DNA of 57,591 nucleotides, filler included, from Sphacelaria rigidula (Eukaryota): the NCBI GenBank assembly GCA_964200075.2. It is 6 parts of 6 records of this genome, joined end to end, with 100 filler letters (N's around TTAATTAATTAA, not from the genome) between each part and the next. Parts side by side here need not be neighbours in the genome. Positions count along the whole stretch, not along the records: positions 48,079 to 57,591 come from CAXNAA020008320.1; 5 more parts are not named here. One strand, given 5' to 3'. The position numbers were made by a program, and so were the translations under genes. The notes below the pieces were generated by a model. That model saw nothing but the letters and a program-made list of their open reading frames with translations. It had not been told where the DNA came from and did not search any database. Positions 48,282 through 57,591 of the stretch are shown one piece after another. Position 1 is the stretch's first letter, and the number at the start of each line of letters is the position of its first letter.

Positions 48282-51200
48282 TTAATAGTATCAGAATGAG
48301 ATGCAAACTATGCAATGTTTGAGAAGCTTCGTTTTTCACTTTGTGGCATGCCACCAGGTGCTGCTGCTTTGTTCTGTACGGCTGTGCACGAAGGGCAACT
48401 TCGCCTTCCAACAGCGAGTACCCTTCATATATTGAGTTGCAGAGAGTGAGGTCACATATGAACTTCGGCTGTTGTGTCTGAGGGTTTCAGCGGAGAAGCC
48501 AAGGCGAAAAGCGAGATTTTGATTTCAGACTGCGCATCATGTATGCCTAGGTCGGCAGAGCCACGTGTTTCAAGTGACTGCCTGTACACATATTCGTACA
48601 TGCTGAAAATAGGCGGGAAATGTCGTTGAAGATCTTGATCTGGACAGAGAGAACCAGACCGTGCCCAAGCGACTGACGAGATGGGATTCCTTCCACTCAT
48701 GCCATGACCCTGACCCCATGGGGCTCATGAGAGATTCACTCTCCAATCCCGCAGTCATAGCTGTGTGTGGGACATGCAGCGCGTAGCCAATCCGCACAGC
48801 ATGAACCTCTTGATCGCCACCATCATCAGCATCGTTCTCAGTAGCTTTCTGATGCGCGACGCTGCTGCTCATGATCTCCAAATTTCCGTTCTTTCTCGTT
48901 CTAGCACCATGTCAGTTTAACTGCACTTACGTTGGTGTGTAACGGCCACAACAGCTGCTGTCCGTGCTCTTCCTTTGTTATCTCGCAATGGCGGTAAACG
49001 TGGGGTGGCAGCTCGCGGGCGTGTGTTTCCCGACTGGTACAGACAGAGGAAGGACACTATTAGCTAGTGCAACACGATTGTCCATCTTCTGATGTGGAGC
49101 GAGATTTCCGGAGGAATAAAATCACCTCACCACCGACCACTCCCAGGCTTGAATAAATGTACTAGAAATATAGTTCATTTTTTTGAGCCAAGTCGTCATT
49201 TGTCGGTGACGCGTGTATTTTACGTTGATGTGGTTCGTTGGATTACGGACCACTTCTGACGCATGTAGCGTTCAGCTTGCACTTTCCATGAATATAGTAC
49301 CCAAAATCGGCCTCCCTTCCTACCCATAAAAGTCCTGTACTGTGGCTGCGGTGGCTGCAGTGGCTGCGGGGATCAGAAGGCCCGGTGAACACGAGTGTGA
49401 AGGAGTCTATACTAAAATGAAGTTCGCGTTATATATACTTGTGTTTGTGTTTGTGTTGGTCGTTATTTTATTGTTACTGCTGTTATTGTTTGTTGGTGGT
49501 GATGGTGGTGGTGGTGGTGGTGTTTTTTTGTTGTTGTTTTTATCGCTGCCCCCTTTCTTTTCTGAGGCCGTTGCTTCTGTCGTTTTTCTGTCCCTTTCTT
49601 TCTTTTTTGTATTTATTTTATTTTATTATTTTGTTCTATTTTTGCTGCTCCTGACCACGGGCTGGATTGTTGCAATCAGCTAATGTGAGATAATCAGTCA
49701 ATCATATAATGCGTTATATAATGTAGAGGGACTGATAATAATTCAAATTAAATTACTTGAAATTAGTGTATGCATTATATAATTTGGGCCGTACCCATGG
49801 GCCCGCCGCCTATGGGCGTCATGAGTTCGAATCTCCATACTTTTTTTTTTGCAGTATCCGGTTCCGGTGTGGTCATCTATTGCATAACGCTTTTTCTTAC
49901 CGGTAGAGCTTCAATCACGTTAGTCTGCACTTCACAGTTATATACGTACGTCGGGCTGAAGTGGGAAACTGAAACAGCCATTGCGTGCCTGGGATACGTA
50001 CTTTTCACAGCCGGCCACGTACTTGCCAAGCCTTTTTTGATATGTTCAACCATACAGAGCAACATAAACGAGCGGCGCAATGACCCTTTCTGTACACACC
50101 TGTCACATGGCCAGCAGCTGAGACACAAGCTCACATCAACTTCCGATTTCACTGTCCCAGACAGGATAGACGATGGAGAAATAGACGAGCCGTATCTTAT
50201 GGCCAACTGAGTACGATATTTTTGACTGGGGAAAATCGGTGCAAAACTGAATGAGACACGACGATTTCTGTCGCACTGGAGCCCTGTAACACACCCCGAA
50301 CGGTCAACAACGTTCATCTCGAGCAACTACTGTCGCACACACACGGCCGCTTCTCTGCCGATACCAAACAGATTGCTGTGGGATGTCTGTCCAATGTAGT
50401 AGGGGTGGAGGGCACTTGTCTGTGAAGAGGCGCGCCTGTCTTGAAGCATCAGACCAGCAACGATTGTCATGAACCATCTACGAGTAATGGACATGCCCAC
50501 TCAGTACCTGGGGCTACTCAAATCCACCGTCTAGCTCGCTTCCCACGACGGAGCGCAAATGTGATCCTCTTGTGGGGAGCTGCCGTGACGCGTGAGAACA
50601 GCAAACGCAACACCAACACCAACTCCAACACCAGTATCGGTTCAGCCGTTGCGCGTAGCTTCGACAGCAAAAAACTCAACCCCATCCCCAAGCCCCAAGC
50701 TAAGAAAACACTGTGTATCTCGTGTCTGTTAGTTTCACATAGGCCGTGTAGCTGTTGCTTTTGCCATCGTTTTCGTCGTTGTCATTGTCGTTGTCGTTGT
50801 CGTCTGCTGAAATATTTACAATGAGCTTTGGACGTAACATTTGGCTTGGCCGGCCTCTTGGGCCCGAGTACAAGACACGTAATGCGCAGGTCCCTCAGCC
50901 GTCTGAATCGGTCTGTGTGCTGTCCCATCCATTTACACGAAAAGAAACGACCAAAGGAAAGTGCCTAGATTCAATATGAAAACGCTTTCTTCTCTCCAGC
51001 ATGCCACCCATCACACAGATGGTATCAGCCGAAGTCCACAACCACCATCACTCCTCTGGCAGGGAGGTCCTGTTTTTCGTATTTCATGGTCACGCTGAAA
51101 CGTAATAGACAACTCAAACCAGACAAAATAAAAAAAAGCCACGTGTGTTGACATAATCGTGTTCGGCGACAGAGCTGAACTCTACCGTCCTGTACTCTGG

Positions 51201-52144
51201 GTGCCTAATGCGGTAGCAGTATACTGTCTCCACCACCGTTTCCCCGCTTAGACCTCACATGCTGTTGTTGCTCATTGTTGTTCCCACCGACGCCGCCATC
51301 ACCTCCGCTGCCTCCACCCTGCGACATTTGAAGAATCCGTGGTGCAGGCTATATATTGCAACAGGCGGTGTGCTGCTGCTACTGCAAACTAGGCGTTGAT
51401 CGTCATTGTTGTTCGTCTTCACCTGTTGTGTCGTTTTGACCATCTGGGGTCTGTTCTTTCAACTCTATTTTCCAATGCTTTTGAAGTCGTGAGACCGTGG
51501 ACCAAAAAGTGGTCGCATGAATGCGGTCATGCGAAGAGATCGCAACATCGACTCAACTGGTCGTTGTGAATATCTCAAAAAAATCGTCACTCTCCGGCCG
51601 ACGACGTATGTGAGTATTCCAGCCGCATTTTTGTATTTTTGATCTTCGCACGTTCCTTCTCCCCTTATTAACACACTGCAGCGGAATAGTAAGAGCACCG
51701 GAAGTAGAGCCAGCATCGGCATCAGTATCGGCAGCAGTAGTAGCAGTAGTAGCAGCAGCAGTATAATGCTGCACGAGCCGGGTGTTGATTCTTCGAGCGT
51801 TTGGCCACGGATCCATGATTTTTCAAGCGAAAATGACGAGCATTCAGAAGATCGACGACCAAGTAATTCCTGGTCATCCGCATTTGTATCATAGAGCATG
51901 AAGACTGAACTAATTCACGATGCACTCATAGACAGTGGATGTTGTGCACTAACGGCACCACCGTATGGTCGTGTGACGTGTTGTGACGTGGGAAGGTTGC
52001 CGTAAAGGTACGATCAGACGGTTCGTTCAATTGTGTAGTAAGTCAGCACATTGAAGGTACGCTGAGTGGAAAGGGAGACGGGTCCACCGCCACCCGACCA
52101 AAATCCCACCAGCGTTCGTTCTTGTGAGAGAAGACCCACTTTTC

Positions 52145-53783
52145 TGGCAACGAATCCCGATTTTTACAAATTTGAGGATTTCAGCTCATCTACATGCGAT
52201 CTTCTCCCGTGAATTGATTTTTCGGACCCCAGGCCGTCGGACAATGTTTTCGGCTAGCTGTGAGCAAACCAGATCAATTCTCCGATTACGAGCTGGGCCA
52301 GCCCAAGAACGGATTTATGCTCTCAGAACGATATCTCAACGACACAGAAGAGTTTGGCCGTGATCCGCATAACATCGTATTAATCGTCTAATGACGGGGA
52401 AGGTACCCATCTGCTCAAAAATCTGGGCCAATTTTTTCTCGTCGAGTAAACCCCATGTATAGTAACTCGTATACCTAGCGGAGATAGCGTCTACACTAAA
52501 ATCTATATGAAACCCCGAACGATCAATCAAGCGGATGATGACGATTTTTGGTGTGGACCTTTCCTGGAGCACGGGGAGACGACAGATACCCTCACTTTCA
52601 CCTAATTCGTTATCTATCTCGAGAAATGGCGCACATAAGGTTCCATACTAAAATCAGTATATCACTAGCAGAGGCACTACATGATCTAAATCTGGATATC
52701 GTGTCTCAGTTTTTGAGAGTTGTGTGCTATGAAATTTGGTATGGAGAACCGCTAGTGCATAATGAAATAAAAAACACAGCTTTTCGGGGTTTTTTATTTC
52801 GTTTTTTCTCATCTTTTTCGTGTTTTTAGGGGGGTTTTGAGGAGAAATGAACATTGCTCTAGGGCCTTGTCTCAATTTTTCGGCGCAATTTGTAGAATTG
52901 TGATTTGAAACTTGGGATGGAAAACGACAGGGGTATGCTGAGTGAAAAAAAAATGTGCCTTCATTTTTTTTCATGAGAAGTTCGGGCGTTCTCGTAAAAA
53001 AACCATCGTTACGATACTAAAACGCCCTCAATCAGTAAAAGAAATAATAAAACCCAACCTCACCCATGTTTCTTGGTTCATCACGACCTAGCAAGATCAA
53101 ACCCACAAACACCAATCGTGGGCGCCTGCAAAATATTGTTCCGAATTTCCGCCGCCTCGGTTTTTCAAAGGTAAATTCGCAATTTTTTTCTTGGAGTTGG
53201 AAAGTGAAATTTGGTATGGACAATCAACAGGGCATGAAGAAAAGCTGCTGTCTGTGAGGTCCCGGCGATTTTTTTTCATGAATCAAGGGCAAAAACCAGT
53301 TATGAGGTTTTAATAAAATGTCCTTAACTCACGAAAAAAAGACGTTGGGACCTCAAACACAGCTTTTCTTCATCATGCACTCTTGATTGTCCATACCACA
53401 CTTCACTTTCCAACTCCAAGAAAAAGATTGCGAATTCGCCTGCAAAGTACAAATCCGCTTGTAGGCTGGCCCAGCCTGTATGGACGTTGACTTTTGGTTT
53501 ATCACATTTATTTCTGCCCAAATCGAGACACTCCCGCATCTCCCCCGATTTTTCGAAAAAATCGGTGGAGATGCGGGGAAGATGCGGGAGTGTCCCGATT
53601 TCAGCAGAACGGTGATGTATCGAAAGTCAGCGCCCAGAAAATCGGAGAATTGATCTGGTTTGCTCACAGCTAGCCGAAAAACATTGCCCACCGGACTGGG
53701 GTCCGAAACATCAATCCACGGGAGAAAATCGCCTGTAGGCGGGCTGAAATCCTCCTATTTGTAAAAATCGGTATTCGTTGCCA
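52145..53783. mobile_element. ~1.6-kb non-autonomous TIR element with ~140-bp TIRs and an internal inverted repeat
   Basis: 52145-52287 is the reverse complement of 53640-53783. An internal inverted pair lies at ~53175-53280 / 53330-53437. Confidence 0.8.
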
Positions 53784-55240
53784 TAAGAGTACGTGGGTCT
53801 AGAATGACATGCGTTGTGGTGGCCTGGCCACATCGTCACGCAGTCATGCGCCTGGAGAACAAAAAACAAATTTGTCCGTGCCTGGTCGCGTAAAAAAGTC
53901 ATGGTATAATATTTGAGCAGTTCAGCTGCAGGGAACGCACGGTTGACATGAGAGTTGCGCCCCCGGCAGAGGGGTAGGAGTCCAACGAGCGGCATCACTG
54001 AAAAGCTTCATTCAAGGTGGGATCATTAGTGCCGACTTCTGGCTGTACAGGTGACTGTTTCCGGCATATTGTGGCATGGATCGTGTTGCTTTGCATTGCT
54101 GCCTGGCGGCCGCAATGGTACGCCGCCACAAACAAAAGCACAGCAAATGTCTGCATGCAGACTTGGTCGTACAGTCGGCGATTTTGAAACGTGAGAAGTG
54201 CACTGATAAATAAATTATGGCATATAACAGACTGAGTTTCGATGCAGTTATGTACGGACAGTAGTATTAGGCCAGAAAAAAAAAAAAAATGATTCGGAAC
54301 AAAATCCGACATATTTACGCCCCGACACCCACGCACACATAACGCAATCCCAGATTCAGCAACATCAGGTCTACATGACATGCATGCTAGCATTTTTGTC
54401 TCAGAACAGTCGACACGAGTTGATAAGTGTCATGGATTTCTACACCTGACCACCACTTTATCCTCAACTCGACTGATATTCATAGTTCTTGGACGAACAT
54501 ACAACTTCGGCAAAAAAAGCACGATACAAGCACCTCAATACGTCCATGTGACGTGACAGATTTTCCGAAGATAAACGCAAGGCATACCGAGGAGGCAGCA
54601 TTCTCCCAGCCATCACTTACGCCCAAAACGAAGAAGGAGGACAAGAAAAAAACAGCCGTTCAACATGTTGTGTTTGCCGTAATAAGCGGCTTAAATGAAA
54701 CGTGGCGAAAATCGACCCGACGTGTGATGCGCAAGACCCTTGGTGACACGACCCTCCGGTTCGGTGCACATGGTGCAGTATCAAGGATGTCGGCGGGAGT
54801 GTGGCGAAGAACACCACCCGATGTTTTTCGTCCGACCATTCAGCACAATAGTGATACGAATGATTCCCGCCAGTTCTCTCCTTGCACGAACGCCATAGCG
54901 TTGAGGCGCGAGCGTTGGCAATGCTGCCCGGTAAATCGAAAGGTTGACTGACATACTAGGGTGACGGTCAGATTAGTCGTCTTGCGTTGAAACACTCACT
55001 TGATTGACATTGTTATGTGGCCTCGTGCACCACAGGCGATTCGCTGATGGGCGTAGCCATATCACCCCCAATACACTTTTGCATCCCACGGTGCACCGCA
55101 CATGCACGAGCCATCATCGCCATGTACATGAGACACGGCTCATGACTACAGCCTGGAAAATACAACCTTGAGTTGTACAAAAACGTTTGCGCAATCTATC
55201 TACAGAAAAGAACGGACCCAATATTCTCCGCAGACTGAAA

Positions 55241-57345
55241 TCAGAAGGCGAAATCTTCCTCATTGTCGTCGCCCGCTGCCGATGCCGAGTCCTCTCTCTC
55301 GGACCCGCTGCATTCTGAATCCGAATCTCCGATCCAGATCCCGGCTGCAGAGTTGGACTTGTGTCTGACGGGTTTATCTGATCCGCCGTCGCAAAAGTAG
55401 CCACCGATGGGATCTTGTCCCGGATGCGCCCCCCCTATCCCCTGCCTCCCGCCGCCGTGCCAGTAACGCCCCTCACCATCGGTCACACCAACAGGTGCCC
55501 CTGGCGCGTTGCTCGCTCCACTTGCCGCGCCCCTTCCGCGTGATGCAGCCGACTCGCCCCTTGCATGCTTTGCTGATGAGCGGCATTTCCCGCTGCGCGA
55601 TTGATCGCGTGCGCGGCCATCTGCGCCGTCGGTTTCACTGGTCGGATCTGGCCCCGAGTGTGCTCCCCCCCTCACCTCCCTGCCGGCGCCGCGCCGGCGA
55701 GGCTCCTCACCATCAGTCGTATCAACAGGTGTCCCTGGGGCGCTGCTCGCTCGAGATGCCGCCCCCATACCACGTGATGCAGTCGACCCACCCCTCGAAT
55801 GCTTCGCTGTTGATCGGCTTCTTCCGTTTCGCGATCGGCCACGTGCACCGCTCTGTCCGTCGCCGGTTTCCTCAGCGGGATTCGCGGCGACCGCTCGCGA
55901 AGGGTGCGGGGGCAGGAAGCAGCGACCCTGGCAACCGCAGCTCAGAGTGCAGTTCCCCAAATACCTGCAACTCCGGCATCTGTGTTTTGATGCCGCCCTT
56001 TCCGGGTTGCATGCACATCTGAGTATTTGCACGTTTCCGGATGTGTCGACGTATGTGTGACTCGACAAGTACACCACAATGTTAACGCGTGACAGCTCCA
56101 CCCCCGCTGTACTCGACGATTTTACACCAACCTTGCGGTGAGTTCTCCTCTCAGGTTCTATGCCCCACTCGCGTCCGTTGAAGTTCACTGGGGGCATGCT
56201 GCGTGGGAAGCTTCCCCCCCAGTATTCGAACACTGCATCGGACTTACTGACGTGCTTCTTACAGGCGTCTAAGTCTGGGCAGCAGCGGGAAGGCTCCCGA
56301 CCACCGCGCCTGGCGCCCGAGAGTCACAGAATAGTGCGATCGCCCTGTGTTTTCCATACGATTGGGGACTGGGCTCCTCTCCTACTGCGTCTTCGTCGCC
56401 GACATGGTCGCCAGCAATCGCCCTCATATTTGACATCGACACTGCAGGTTCTACGCCTGTCGGTCGAGAACTTCTCTCAACCACATTTGTGGCATGTGCC
56501 GGGCAGGATGGCAGCCGAAGATACGCAGGTGTTTCACTACCTGCCCGCGTGACATGCAACAACGCGTATGCGTGCAAGAACTTAGTTCTGTGCAATATTT
56601 GACGTTTACTGAGTCAGAGTCGGGGGTTGTTGTGCATATATATATATATATATATATGTATAATCCTATACATGTTCCACGCATGCTGACGTCCTGCGTT
56701 TGGTTCGAAAGCCGCAGTCATCACCTGAAAGCAAGCAGTGAGGAGCGTGCGATCATCACCTGCGATAGCTCGCGGGGTTACTACAATAGTAGATTGAAGA
56801 TGCTCTTGCCTCGGGATCGGTTCTGGTGTCGTATATGACGCTCGGGCTGCCCCGGGCAGCGTCTCAGCAGGCGCCCGGACATCACATCCCATGAGTTAGC
56901 CCTGGAGATCCTCCACATCTGCCGCAAGGGTATGTACAATGGGGGTAGTTAGGTGAGGAGTTGAACACCAACGCTTCTGACCGAGCGTGTCATCTACCCT
57001 GCCGTTCTCATGTTCTCGCCTCCTGTGGCGACGGAGGTATATGTTCTCTGTCGCATTAAGCGGTCGCGGCATCTTATCGTGATTCTGAAGTACCATGAAA
57101 AATGTGAAGTCGAAATCTATGTCCATGTCAACGACGGAAATCTCGACCCAGGCCATGAGTTAGTTATTTGATTCCGGCTGCCAGATTACTAAATCGGACT
57201 CCTTCTCGAGCTCGGGACAGACACTAAGTGCGAGCTGTACATTCGCTTGTGTACAACGCGAGCCGTCGATTAATTACGGCCCCGCTGTTTTCAGAACGTG
57301 ATGCAGATACGTCTTCATCACATTGCTTTATACACACTTGTACTC
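55241..57345 (-). pseudogene. Decayed 3' part of an AcademX-like transposon protein: XPG/PIN-type nuclease, Cys8 zinc finger and low-complexity tail
   Basis: Ordered minus-strand motifs: EKESDLVIW (~57193-57207), VVDMDID (~57115-57135), LMGCD (~56881-56895), CPDLDACKKH...YW...P...WG, then C-x-C-x10-C-x2-C-x5-C-x3-C-x-C-x3-C (55919-56017). Frameshifts and stops lie upstream of the 330-aa ORF. Confidence 0.6.
55405..55875 (-). repeat. 234-bp (78-codon) in-frame tandem duplication in the Arg/Gly/Ser-rich tail
   Basis: GGATCT at 55410 and 55644, and CAACAGGTG at 55489 and 55723, are both 234 bp apart; the peptide repeat is visible in ORF 55241..56233. Confidence 0.85.
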
Positions 57346-57366
57346 TATGTAGCGTTTTCTTCGAAA

Positions 57367-57575
57367 CAGGGAATTCTAAAAAATGAGGTTGCACGATGAA
57401 ATAAGGTTCAAGCCCACAACAGTGCCTTCCCCACACCTTCCGCGATGGTGCCCAATGAATTCTTTGTCAGCCTAATGCCCCTCGATCGCGTAGATACTTT
57501 TTTTGCGCATTTTGCCGACTCTGTGAGCTTACGGCAGGGGCCGAACCCGTCGTTTCCCCTGATGTCACCCCCCCC
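57367..57575. mobile_element. One arm of the 29181-29591 palindromic MITE family
   Basis: Shared GCGATGGTGCCCAATGA...CTAATGCCCCTCGATCGCGTAGAT. Confidence 0.75.
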
Positions 57576-57591
57576 GCCCTATTTGTTTTGG

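Noticed and set aside
49342-49683. Multi-pass membrane protein ORF
   Set aside because: The hydrophobicity comes from T/G-rich low-complexity sequence; no motifs or splice support.

Overview
This is eukaryotic nuclear DNA, not prokaryotic. WSC-domain exons, long TE-filled introns and TTAGGG repeats point to a brown alga or other stramenopile; the taxon is inferred. The window is not one locus: six contigs of near-identical, decreasing length (9516, 9516, 9516, 9515, 9515, 9513 bp) are joined by artificial 100-nt N44-TTAATTAATTAA-N44 linkers. Host genes rebuilt from splice sites are the last two exons of a sulfite oxidase (contig 1), a complete six-exon Sfp/AASDHPPT-type 4'-phosphopantetheinyl transferase with a GC-AG intron plus a probable divergent neighbour (contig 2), and two WSC-domain exons (contig 4). 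The rest is mostly mobile-element derived: LINE ends with C-rich tails, many foldback/MITE inverted repeats, two decayed KDZ-like transposase copies and a decayed XPG-nuclease + Cys8 (AcademX-like) ORF. The most unusual structure is a ~1.2-kb head-to-tail array (about 20965-22144) of heterogeneous 80-170 bp piggyBac-type cassettes joined at TTAA or TTAA-like sites.
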